Shown piece after piece: positions 28,220-36,680 of a stretch of DNA of 64,000 nt. Source of the DNA: Candidatus Microgenomatus sp. (lineage in GTDB: Bacteria; Patescibacteriota; Microgenomatia; UBA8517); NCBI GenBank assembly GCA_020724585.1, contig DYGS01000001.1, positions 358,002 to 422,001 on the forward strand, given 5' to 3'. How positions within the stretch are numbered: the stretch's first letter is position 1; every line of letters begins with the position of its first letter. Under the pieces are notes generated by a model. That model worked only from the letters and a program-made list of their open reading frames with translations. It was not told the DNA's origin and searched no databases. Both the position numbers and the translations under genes were made by a program.

Positions 28220-28888
28220 TTATGGAACTACATCATAAAAAGCAGTTGTATATAGATCGTGAGAACCATAGCAGGAATATCCATCTCTATTATCAATAGA
28301 AACACTAATATATCTTTTCGTTCCTAAAATTACATTGGCAGTGTTAATGTCAATAAAGTTATCTTGAGACCAATCTTTAGATGTAATTGAACGTTGGTCG
28401 GTATTTTCAATACCCAAAGAGTCAAATCTGTAATACAATGGCAATCCTTTTGGATCCTCTGCTGTAACCGTTAATCTTAAACTACTAATTTCACCTCTTT
28501 TAAACAAGCCATTTATATCATTACTATTATTACCAAGACTGTCCTGAACCCTAATTATTTTTGGACAATGCATGTCGTTATAGCTTGGTGTAGGTGTAGG
28601 TTTTGGTGTTGAAATCATAATAGATGTGATATTTGGTATTTCAGTTGCTTTTCTTGATGATGGCGGTGTAATGGATGGATAAATTGGTGTGGGTATATCT
28701 GAATTTTTAACAACTGCATTTTCCGTAGGCTTAATACTGTTTGCAACTACTATTTCTTTTGGTAAAGAATTTAGTTGTGCTATATCATTATCTTGTGCAA
28801 TACCAAGTACAGAAGAAACAGTAAGTAAAAAGCCACTAATTAGTAGTTTTGTGTGTAAAACGAGCTTCGCCAATATAAGTTTTATCAT
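28220..28888 (-). CDS. Secreted hypothetical protein
   Basis: A signal-peptide/TM N-terminus, a Pro/Thr linker and a beta-rich C-terminus. Confidence 0.4.
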   Translation of the reverse strand: MIKLILAKLVLHTKLLISGFLLTVSSVLGIAQDNDIAQLNSLPKEIVVANSIKPTENAVVKNSDIPTPIYPSITPPSSRKATEIPNITSIMISTPKPTPTPSYNDMHCPKIIRVQDSLGNNSNDINGLFKRGEISSLRLTVTAEDPKGLPLYYRFDSLGIENTDQRSITSKDWSQDNFIDINTANVILGTKRYISVSIDNRDGYSCYGSHDLYTTAFYDVVP

Positions 28889-28889
28889 A

Positions 28890-28995
28890 AAAAAGCTCCC
28901 AGCCAGCGATAGCTTGCGCTACCCATATTCTTTCGAATACGACCGTTCAAGGATGCTCTGACTAGGAGCTTATTTCCTTGAACGGATTTTTATAA
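28890..28995. promoter_or_regulatory. Nested inverted repeats in a divergent intergenic region (possible structured RNA or operator)
   Basis: A perfect 11-bp inverted repeat CCGTTCAAGGA/TCCTTGAACGG with a 21-nt spacer, followed by ATTTTT. An outer AAGCTCC/GGAGCTT pair and a small AGCG..CGCT hairpin are nested with it. Confidence 0.35.
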
Positions 28996-29092
28996 GCCAT
29001 GCCCAAGATTGGGTTTAGGCCATTAACTGTCTATAATTTATCACGTTAATTGAATAAATATCAACATCTGGTATTATTTTGTATATATTAAA

Positions 29093-29749
29093 ATGAAGAT
29101 TGATCCAAGCAGTGAGTATGATAGGCTTCTCTATGAAGCAATGAAAGTTATTGATTTTCAACTTCGAGCCTATAACCAAAATCAAATATATTTTACAATT
29201 CAAACTAAACCCTTTAATAAAGATTTATATGCAACTCAAATTGTTTTAGATCGTCTTATGAAATTAGGATTTGTCGTATATGGAAAAAAGGACGATGTTA
29301 TCGATGACGTTCAAATTTGTGAAAATGATCATTATTATGCAATAGGTATAAAAATGACTGTTATAGATATTCATCTATTTGATCGCATATACGCAAAATA
29401 TAAAAGCATTTTCCAAAATAACGGTAAAGATAAACTAGTTATCAGTCGAAAAGGAAAAGCTACTTTTATGTCAGAAGGGATTACATATACTGGTTCACTT
29501 AAACCTAAAAGTAATTTATATCAGGCGTTATTAAAGTTAGCAGAAGATAATACTATATTCACTACAGCAGATGAATTAAATAAATCAATGACAAAGACAA
29601 AAATTAACAACAATTCGAGTGATCCAATCGAAAGGGCAAGACAGGTGATCAAGAATATAAAAAGGAAACTGGGTTACAAAGGCAAAAGGTTAATAAAGTC
29701 AAGCTATGACCAGTTTAAACTACTTCCAACAGTCGAAATAGTTAGTTAG
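29093..29749 (+). CDS. Hypothetical protein (island)
   Basis: ORF only, with a basic C-terminus. Confidence 0.35.
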   Translation: MKIDPSSEYDRLLYEAMKVIDFQLRAYNQNQIYFTIQTKPFNKDLYATQIVLDRLMKLGFVVYGKKDDVIDDVQICENDHYYAIGIKMTVIDIHLFDRIYAKYKSIFQNNGKDKLVISRKGKATFMSEGITYTGSLKPKSNLYQALLKLAEDNTIFTTADELNKSMTKTKINNNSSDPIERARQVIKNIKRKLGYKGKRLIKSSYDQFKLLPTVEIVS

Positions 29750-29976
29750 CTTCAAGTTTACACAAAGCTGCTATTTTTTTAGCCTCAACTTTTACATTTT
29801 AATTACCATACAGTTTATAGAAAATATATTTATATGAACTGGTTAAATGAAAATTTAAAAAATGAAATTAAAAAAGTTTTTGAGCCAAGATATGATAGGA
29901 AACTTAACAATGTTGAAGTAGAAAACATTGCACGTAGTCTAGTTTTCATAGTAGAGAGATATATAAAAAATAAAAA

Positions 29977-30210
29977 ATGGAAATAGGTAACACATATTCT
30001 ACTAGAGATATAGCAGAGGCGTCTGCGTTACTAGCTAGGGGACAAAAACTAATTGCTGTAAATAAAGTTGACAGTGTTTGTTATTTTAATTTTAAAGATG
30101 CTCAAGTTTGTAAACAAACATCAAATGAGTACTTCTTTGGAGAGCTATTGGTTAATGCAAGATTATTTCATGAATCCTTTATCAGATTGAAAAACAAAAT
30201 TTTTCAGTGA
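29977..30210 (+). CDS. Small hypothetical protein (island)
   Basis: ORF only. Confidence 0.3.
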   Translation: MEIGNTYSTRDIAEASALLARGQKLIAVNKVDSVCYFNFKDAQVCKQTSNEYFFGELLVNARLFHESFIRLKNKIFQ

Positions 30211-30238
30211 AAAGAATTGTGAAAGTTGAGTAACTAAT

Positions 30239-30607
30239 ATGGACAATGATATTAAAATTAAAATTATATTAAAGGACAAAGGAAAGTTATTAGCAAATGC
30301 AAACATTTATTTGCCCACACTTGAATACGGAATTGTTGTCATTAAAGGATTTCAAGTTTGGAAAAGTGAGCGAGAAAATACTCGTTTGCACAATGATATG
30401 TTAAACATTCAGCCACCGTCAACTTGGGGCAAATATAAAGGGAATATAACATTTGTATTTTTTGAGGACGAACCTAAGTGGTATAAAATTGAAAGTCTAA
30501 TATATGATAAATATATCGAAAGCATGAACAAACAAAATGTAAAGGAATTTGATCTGGACGAAATTGATATAGGTATTGAAAAAAGTAAAACGCTATTTAC
30601 TAATTAG
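30239..30607 (+). CDS. Hypothetical protein, weak SpoVG-like N-terminal pattern
   Basis: IKIKIILKDKGKLLANANIYLPTLEYGIVVIKGFQVWKSE loosely resembles the SpoVG beta-hairpin region. Weak. Confidence 0.3.
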   Translation: MDNDIKIKIILKDKGKLLANANIYLPTLEYGIVVIKGFQVWKSERENTRLHNDMLNIQPPSTWGKYKGNITFVFFEDEPKWYKIESLIYDKYIESMNKQNVKEFDLDEIDIGIEKSKTLFTN

Positions 30608-30662
30608 TAACTATATAGTTATAGTTACTATATAAAAACTATATGATTACTGATAAGTATAA
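30606..30662. promoter_or_regulatory. AT-rich palindrome cluster immediately upstream of the serine recombinase (candidate att/recombinase-binding site)
   Basis: A perfect 14-bp palindrome TAACTATATAGTTA at 30608-30621, followed by overlapping TAGTTACTATA, CTATAT and AGTAA/AGTTA repeats up to the integrase ATG. Confidence 0.35.
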
Positions 30663-30682
30663 GTAATAGTTAATATATTAAA

Positions 30683-32200
30683 ATGGAAATTAAATACATA
30701 AGATACTCTAGAAAATCATCTGAAGCAAAGGAAAGACAGATCGCTTCAATAACCGATCAAAATTTAGAATGTGAGGAGTATGCAATCAAAAACAATTTAG
30801 TTATTGAATATCGATTAGAAGAAAGCAAATCTGCATATAAACCAGACAGGCGCGAAAAATTTACTGAGATGATTCAAATGATTGAATCGGGTTTAGCAAA
30901 CGGCATTATTACTTGGAAACTTGATAGATTGAGTAGAAACCCGAAAGAGGGTGGAATAATAATGCAACTGCTAAGTGATGGAAAGATAAAGGAAATAAGA
31001 ACGCCTATGGGAGATATTTACACACCCGATAGCGACCCTCTTATACTTCAATTGCATTTAGGTATGGCGAATCAGTACAGTAAAGTGTTAAGTCAAAACG
31101 TCTTACGAGGTTTGAAACATAAAGTTGAGCGTGGTGAATATCCAAGCGATGCAATTTATGGATATAAAACTGCAGGTGAAAAAGGAAGAAAAAATTTAGT
31201 AGTTGATCCATTCGAAGCCCCACTAATTAAAAGTTCATTTGAACTATTTGCCACAGGTCAATACTCGCTCAGTCATATCGCAAACCATTTATATTCGAAA
31301 GGTTTAGTTTCAACAAGCAAAAACAAACTAACTAAAGAAGGTATTAGGCGAATTTTGAAAAACTCAACTTATTATGGCTATTTTAAAAGAAAAGGAGAAT
31401 TTTTTAAAGGAACTTATGAGCCACTTATAACTAAACAGTTATTTGATTCTGTTCAGGAAGTATTATCAAACAGGTCTAAACCTCAAGTAAACATCTGGGA
31501 TAAATATAGCTACAACGGGTTATTAAAATGCCCTAGTTGTGGCTCTGCTATAACTACAACAGTAAAAGAAAAATTCTATAAAGGTACAAACAGAAAAGCT
31601 ACGTATTTTTACCTTCATTGTACTAAGCGTAAAGGATCATGTATGCAAAAGAGTGTTACTTTACAAGATTTTGAAGATAAGCTATTGGAACAGCTTTCAA
31701 AGATAACAATTGACCAAGAAGTATGGGAATTAGGTATAAAACTCTTAAAGGAAAAAAGTAAGCAAGAAATTTCAAAAGGTGGTGTTGTGACTGAAAAGTA
31801 TACACATCAGTTTAAGATTGCACAGGCCAAGGTTTTTAATTTAGTTGAAATGAGAGCAAATGGCGAACTGACAAAAGAGGAATTTATGATTCAAAAACAA
31901 CTCTATTTACAGGATCTAGCTAGAATTGAAAGTTTGTTAAAAGATAGTGCGCGTACTGGTTTTAATTGGTTGGAACTTGCTGAAAAATTATTGAACAACG
32001 CTTTTGAGCTTCGTGATATTATGAAGCTTGGAAAGCCAGAGGAAAAAAGAGAGCTACTTATGCAGGTTGGTGAGAACTTCTATTTAAGTGACAAAAAACC
32101 AGAATTTAGCTTCAAAAAACCTTATGATATTCTGTTAAAACCTGTTAGTCAGTTTTCAATGCGGGATCGACGAGACTCGAACTCGCAGCCTTTGCCGTGA
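30683..32200 (+). CDS. Large serine recombinase (phage-type serine integrase)
   Basis: An N-terminal resolvase domain with catalytic Ser (YIRYSRKSS..Q), a recombinase domain, and a zinc ribbon (CPSCGS...HCTKRKGSC). The last ~13 codons overlap tRNA-Asp. Confidence 0.8.
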   Translation: MEIKYIRYSRKSSEAKERQIASITDQNLECEEYAIKNNLVIEYRLEESKSAYKPDRREKFTEMIQMIESGLANGIITWKLDRLSRNPKEGGIIMQLLSDGKIKEIRTPMGDIYTPDSDPLILQLHLGMANQYSKVLSQNVLRGLKHKVERGEYPSDAIYGYKTAGEKGRKNLVVDPFEAPLIKSSFELFATGQYSLSHIANHLYSKGLVSTSKNKLTKEGIRRILKNSTYYGYFKRKGEFFKGTYEPLITKQLFDSVQEVLSNRSKPQVNIWDKYSYNGLLKCPSCGSAITTTVKEKFYKGTNRKATYFYLHCTKRKGSCMQKSVTLQDFEDKLLEQLSKITIDQEVWELGIKLLKEKSKQEISKGGVVTEKYTHQFKIAQAKVFNLVEMRANGELTKEEFMIQKQLYLQDLARIESLLKDSARTGFNWLELAEKLLNNAFELRDIMKLGKPEEKRELLMQVGENFYLSDKKPEFSFKKPYDILLKPVSQFSMRDRRDSNSQPLP

Positions 32201-32235
32201 CAGGGCAACGCTCTAACCAATTGAGCTACGACCCC
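32162..32235 (-). tRNA. tRNA-Asp (anticodon GTC)
   Basis: Acceptor GGGGTCG/CGATCCC, D-arm GCTC-AATTGGTTA-GAGC, anticodon loop CTGTCAC, T-arm GCGAG-TTCGAGT-CTCGT (canonical). Confidence 0.8.
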
Positions 32236-32308
32236 ACACTGAAAACTACTTGTCTATTTTACAATAAAATGCATTTATCTACCAGCAATAACTTGTTATA
32301 CTGAATTA

Positions 32309-32611
32309 ATGCCTAAACACAAAAAAATACATAGGGACAAGAATAAAAATGGTGTGGATGATAGGCTGGATTTGATTGCACATATAAGCGCAGTAGTTTT
32401 ACCTTTTACAACAATCGATCAGCTTTACATAGTTTTTGTTAAAAAACAGACAGATGGAGTGTCTTCAACTACATGGCTTTTGTATGGGCTTTTAACAATT
32501 CCACTTCTGATTTATTCAATTAAACGGAAAGAGGTTCCCATGATTATCCTAAATGGTCTTTGGGTAATAATTGATTTTGCCGTTTGGATTGGTGTAGTTA
32601 TGTATTCGTGA
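32309..32611 (+). CDS. Small 3-TM protein, possible PQ-loop/SemiSWEET-like
   Basis: A 100 aa product with 3 TM segments. TIDQLYIVFVKKQTDGVSSTTWLL resembles a PQ-loop motif. Confidence 0.3.
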   Translation: MPKHKKIHRDKNKNGVDDRLDLIAHISAVVLPFTTIDQLYIVFVKKQTDGVSSTTWLLYGLLTIPLLIYSIKRKEVPMIILNGLWVIIDFAVWIGVVMYS

Positions 32612-32624
32612 TATATTTAGGTAA

Positions 32625-34358
32625 ATGAATAATACTCAAATTGCTGAATTACTTCGTAATGTTGCGGCTTCGTATCAATACAAAGACCCAATTAAGTATA
32701 AATTTCAAATAATTGCTTATAATCGCGCCGCTGATTCCATAGAACATGCTACAAGCGAGCTTAAAGATTTGTGGGACGATGGAAAACTTGATGATGTTCC
32801 TTCAATCGGTGTTTCAATCGCTAAGCACTTAGATGAACTGTTTAGAACAGGCAAATCAAAACATTTTGAAGATTTAATGAAAGATATTCCAAAAGAGGCA
32901 TTTATTTTAATGGCGCTTCCTAAAATTGGTTTAAAAACTGCCCTTCGGCTAATCGCTCAGGGTAAACCAGATGAGGTAAAAAGGCTTTTAAAAGATGCTG
33001 AAAAACTTAAGGCAAAAAACAAAAGACTATTACTTCCATATGCAGAAAACTTAGCGCTAGAGGTCATAGAATGGATTAAGAAAAGCGAATATGTAGAAAA
33101 TGTAGATGTATTAGGGTCTTTAAGAAGAAGATCGGCAACTGTTGGAGATATTGATATCCTTGCTGCTCCAAAAAACTCAAAAACTCAAAAAATCCACACC
33201 AAAGGTGGTTACTTTAACTCAAAACTAATTGAACATTTCACAAAATATCCAAAGGCACAAAAAATTATAGAGGCGGGGGATACTACAGCCTCTTTGCTTC
33301 TTCCAAACAATGTACAGGTAGATTTATTAGTTATGGATAGTGAGGCCTATGGAAATGCGCTGCAGCATTTCACAGGTAGTAAGTTTCATAATATTGCACT
33401 TCGAGAACATGCAAAAAAATTGGGTTACAGTTTAAACGAATATGGAGTAAAAAAAGCGAATAGCGGACAGCGAATAGCGAACAGATTTAAAACAGAAGAG
33501 GAATTGTATGAATTCTTAGGACTTCGTTATATCGAGCCGGAATTAAGGGAAGACGCCGGTGAAATAGAAAGCTCGCTTAATAATAGTTTACCTAATTTAG
33601 TTAAACTTGAAGATATAAAGGCTGATTTGCAAATTCATAGTAACTTTGACATTGAAACCTCACATGACTTAGGGGTTAGTACAATGGAAGAAATTATTGA
33701 AAAGGCAAGTCAACTTGGTTATGAATACATTGCCTTTACTGAACACAACCCAAGTAAAAAAGGGCATACCAACCAGCAAAAAATAAATTTAATAAAACAG
33801 AAATCAGAAGCTATTGAACAGTTAAATTACTCTCGTGAAAGCAATAGTGAAAAAAGAATACCAAAAGTATTCAACAGTTTAGAAATAGATATAAATAAAG
33901 ACGGATCATTGCCACTTCCTGATAAAGCCTTCGATTTTCTTGATTTTACACTTGTTTCTATACATGGAGTTTTTGATTTGTCTCGATTCGATCAAACGAA
34001 ACGGGTGATTAACGCACTCTCTTATCCCAAAGTAAAAATATTTGCCCATCCCACAGCAAGAAAAATTAATGAAAGAGAAGGAGTGGAACTTGATTGGGAA
34101 AAAATTTTTGACTTTTGCCTTAAAAATAATAAATGGATAGAGATAAATGCTGATCCTATGCGTTTAGATTTACCTGACACTTTAGTTCGTGATGCTGTTA
34201 AACTTGGGGTTAAACTAACGCTTGGAACAGACACCCATGAAGTATCTATGATGAATAATATGAAATATGGAGTTGATGTTGCTAGACGCGGCTGGGCAGA
34301 AAAAAAGAATATAATAAACACTAGAAGTTTGAAAGAATTTGAAGAAATGCTACAATGA
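32625..34358 (+). CDS. polX: DNA polymerase X family protein with C-terminal PHP phosphoesterase domain
   Basis: An N-terminal Pol-beta-like region with HhH motifs (IGVSIAKHL; LPKIGLKTALRL), GDIDIL, and a C-terminal PHP region (FTEHNP...SIHG...AHP). Confidence 0.75.
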   Translation: MNNTQIAELLRNVAASYQYKDPIKYKFQIIAYNRAADSIEHATSELKDLWDDGKLDDVPSIGVSIAKHLDELFRTGKSKHFEDLMKDIPKEAFILMALPKIGLKTALRLIAQGKPDEVKRLLKDAEKLKAKNKRLLLPYAENLALEVIEWIKKSEYVENVDVLGSLRRRSATVGDIDILAAPKNSKTQKIHTKGGYFNSKLIEHFTKYPKAQKIIEAGDTTASLLLPNNVQVDLLVMDSEAYGNALQHFTGSKFHNIALREHAKKLGYSLNEYGVKKANSGQRIANRFKTEEELYEFLGLRYIEPELREDAGEIESSLNNSLPNLVKLEDIKADLQIHSNFDIETSHDLGVSTMEEIIEKASQLGYEYIAFTEHNPSKKGHTNQQKINLIKQKSEAIEQLNYSRESNSEKRIPKVFNSLEIDINKDGSLPLPDKAFDFLDFTLVSIHGVFDLSRFDQTKRVINALSYPKVKIFAHPTARKINEREGVELDWEKIFDFCLKNNKWIEINADPMRLDLPDTLVRDAVKLGVKLTLGTDTHEVSMMNNMKYGVDVARRGWAEKKNIINTRSLKEFEEMLQ

Positions 34359-34380
34359 ATTCAGATTGGCGGTGATTGAT

Positions 34381-34941
34381 ATGAATATAACACTAATATT
34401 ACTAATAGTAGCAGTTTTGTTAGTTCTTTGGGTGGTTTCTACATATAACTTTTTTGTTTCCAGTAAAGCCAGAATTAAGGCTTCAATTCAAGAAATAGGA
34501 AATCAACTTAAAAGACAAGCTGATTTAATTCCAAATCTTGAATCTTCGGTTAAAGGATATTTGAAGCATGAAAAAGGAATACTTGAGATGTTATCCGAAG
34601 CAAGGAAACTTGTTTCAAAAGGACAAGATGCATCAAAACAAATTGGGGAGGCATTATCAGGTTTGAAAATCATTGTAGAAAGTAATCCTGAACTTAAAGC
34701 AAATACTGTTGTTGAAAATTTGATGAATGAGCTCAGAGATACTTCTGACAAAGTAATGTATGCAAGAAGACTAATGATTGATTTAACAGCTGATTACAAT
34801 GTTAAAAGAGCAACAGTACCTACTAACATCGTTGCCAACCTATTTAAATTTGAAGAACTAAAAGGTTTGGAAACTGCAGAAACTGGTGAACACTTAACAG
34901 TGAGTAGTCCAGAAATGAAGTCACCAAAAGTTAATCTCTAA
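34381..34941 (+). CDS. lemA: LemA family protein
   Basis: An N-terminal TM segment followed by the LemA-like helical domain. The listed ORF starts at 34339; an internal ATG is at 34381. Confidence 0.65.
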   Translation: MNITLILLIVAVLLVLWVVSTYNFFVSSKARIKASIQEIGNQLKRQADLIPNLESSVKGYLKHEKGILEMLSEARKLVSKGQDASKQIGEALSGLKIIVESNPELKANTVVENLMNELRDTSDKVMYARRLMIDLTADYNVKRATVPTNIVANLFKFEELKGLETAETGEHLTVSSPEMKSPKVNL

Positions 34942-34945
34942 CCAA

Positions 34946-35416
34946 ATGGAAAATCCTAAATTAAATATATTTTTTAGGCTTTTGGATATTTGTTTGCATC
35001 CAGTAATGTATTTACTTCAGGGCAATTTTATTGAAAAACCTCAAGAAACACACCCTTGGCATGTTAAAAAATATAAATGGAAAGGTCGAGGTATAAAAAT
35101 TAAAGGAAATGATGACTTAGCAAAATACAGTCAAAGTGGAATATCAAAATATTTGGGTTTGTATCATGCACCTATCTTGGGTGGCTTAAGAAAGTATGTT
35201 GTTTTAGAAGATTCAAAATTTAAAAAATTTTGGAATGTAGGATGGGATGGTCATATCCAAGTTTTAAGAATTTACGAACCAAGAATAAAACTTTTGGTTG
35301 GAAAAGAGGGTTACAATGCCCATGGTTTATCGGATGACAGAAACGAGGTAAAATTAAGTATCATAGATTTTGGTAAAATAGGAGATGGAAAGTATAAAAA
35401 TATAAGATTGTTTTAA
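34946..35416 (+). CDS. Hypothetical protein
   Basis: ORF only. Confidence 0.35.
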   Translation: MENPKLNIFFRLLDICLHPVMYLLQGNFIEKPQETHPWHVKKYKWKGRGIKIKGNDDLAKYSQSGISKYLGLYHAPILGGLRKYVVLEDSKFKKFWNVGWDGHIQVLRIYEPRIKLLVGKEGYNAHGLSDDRNEVKLSIIDFGKIGDGKYKNIRLF

Positions 35417-35418
35417 TT

Positions 35419-36351
35419 ATGCAAAATATATATGAAGTGCAGAATAGCAACAAGGTAAAAAGTGGGGTTATTGTTGCCTTTTTCTTCCTTTTTGTAGCTG
35501 TTGCCACTTATTTTATTTCTTTAGCCTTCGGGGTATATTCGGGATATGAACCAAGTTCACTTGGGTTTGTAGGAATTGCTTTAATAGTTTCAGGCATTTC
35601 AACTTTTATAAGTTATTACTACTCAGACAAAATAGTTTTGGGAATAAGCGGGGCAAGACCGGCTAAAAAAGAAGAAGACAAAATTTTTAGCCAAGTAGCA
35701 GAGAATTTATCAATTGGTGCGGGGCTTCCTAAACCCAAACTTTATGTGATAGAGGATTCGGCACCCAATGCTTTCGCTACGGGTAGAGATCCTAAAAACG
35801 CTGTTATTTGTGCAACTTCCGGACTACTTTCAAAATTAAACAGAACAGAATTGGAGGCAGTAGTTGCTCACGAACTCTCTCATATCAAAAATTATGATAT
35901 TCGGCTCATGAGTATTGTTTCTGTTATGGTTGGATTAATTGCTCTTTTGGCAGATTGGTTTTTGAGAATGAGCTTCCATGGTAGAAATAAAAGTAATGAT
36001 CGTGACAATAATCAACTGGCTGCTATTATAATGGTTTTGGGTATTATATTTGCCATACTTTCTCCAATAATTGCCCAACTTATCCAGCTTGCCATTTCGA
36101 GAAGAAGAGAGTTTTTGGCCGATGCTTCGGCCGTTGCCATGACCAGACAACCTCAGGGTCTGATTTCGGCGCTTGTTAAAATATCAAACGATCATGAACG
36201 ATTGGAGGCTGCCAATAAAGCAACAGCCCATTTATATTTCGAGAACCCTTTTAAAGATAATATTAAAAATGGTGTTGGTTGGTTTGCAAATTTATTTAAC
36301 ACTCATCCCGCCGTCAAAGACAGAATCGCAGCCCTTCAAAAGATGGTTTAA
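35419..36351 (+). CDS. htpX: M48-family zinc metalloprotease HtpX
   Basis: Multi-TM protein with HELSHIKNYD (HExxH). Confidence 0.85.
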   Translation: MQNIYEVQNSNKVKSGVIVAFFFLFVAVATYFISLAFGVYSGYEPSSLGFVGIALIVSGISTFISYYYSDKIVLGISGARPAKKEEDKIFSQVAENLSIGAGLPKPKLYVIEDSAPNAFATGRDPKNAVICATSGLLSKLNRTELEAVVAHELSHIKNYDIRLMSIVSVMVGLIALLADWFLRMSFHGRNKSNDRDNNQLAAIIMVLGIIFAILSPIIAQLIQLAISRRREFLADASAVAMTRQPQGLISALVKISNDHERLEAANKATAHLYFENPFKDNIKNGVGWFANLFNTHPAVKDRIAALQKMV

Positions 36352-36363
36352 AAGAAGTATTAT

Positions 36364-36678
36364 ATGGTTATGTCAAAGAGTAAATTAACAAAAAGTGATG
36401 TTTTGCATGTGGCTAAACTTTCCAACTTAAAGTTAACTGACGAGGAAGTTTCAAGATATAGCGATCAACTTTCAAAAATTGTTGATTATATAAGTGAACT
36501 TTCTAATGTTGATACTACTGGCATTAAACCTGTTTACCAAACGACTGGCTTAATCAATGTTTTAAGAGAAGATGAGGTAAATACTACAAATATCTTACCA
36601 ACAAACGCTGCGCTTTCTGGAACTGATAATACTAAAAATGACTTGTTTGTAGTTAAAAAAATATTAACAAACAACTAA
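36364..36678 (+). CDS. gatC: Asp/Glu-tRNA amidotransferase subunit C
   Basis: A 104 aa product (VLHVAKLSNLKLTDEE...) immediately upstream of gatA and gatB. Confidence 0.8.
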   Translation: MVMSKSKLTKSDVLHVAKLSNLKLTDEEVSRYSDQLSKIVDYISELSNVDTTGIKPVYQTTGLINVLREDEVNTTNILPTNAALSGTDNTKNDLFVVKKILTNN

Positions 36679-36680
36679 TT

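Larger units (their letters stand above)
22461..32235. mobile_element. Putative integrated mobile island (satellite-like or degraded prophage) between a tRNA-Thr/Gly cluster and tRNA-Asp
   Basis: A large serine recombinase abuts and overlaps tRNA-Asp at the right end. The island has an AT-richer composition, a terminase small-subunit-like gene, a frameshifted gene, many secreted or membrane hypotheticals, and a tRNA fragment duplication at the left side. The left boundary is uncertain. Confidence 0.5.
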
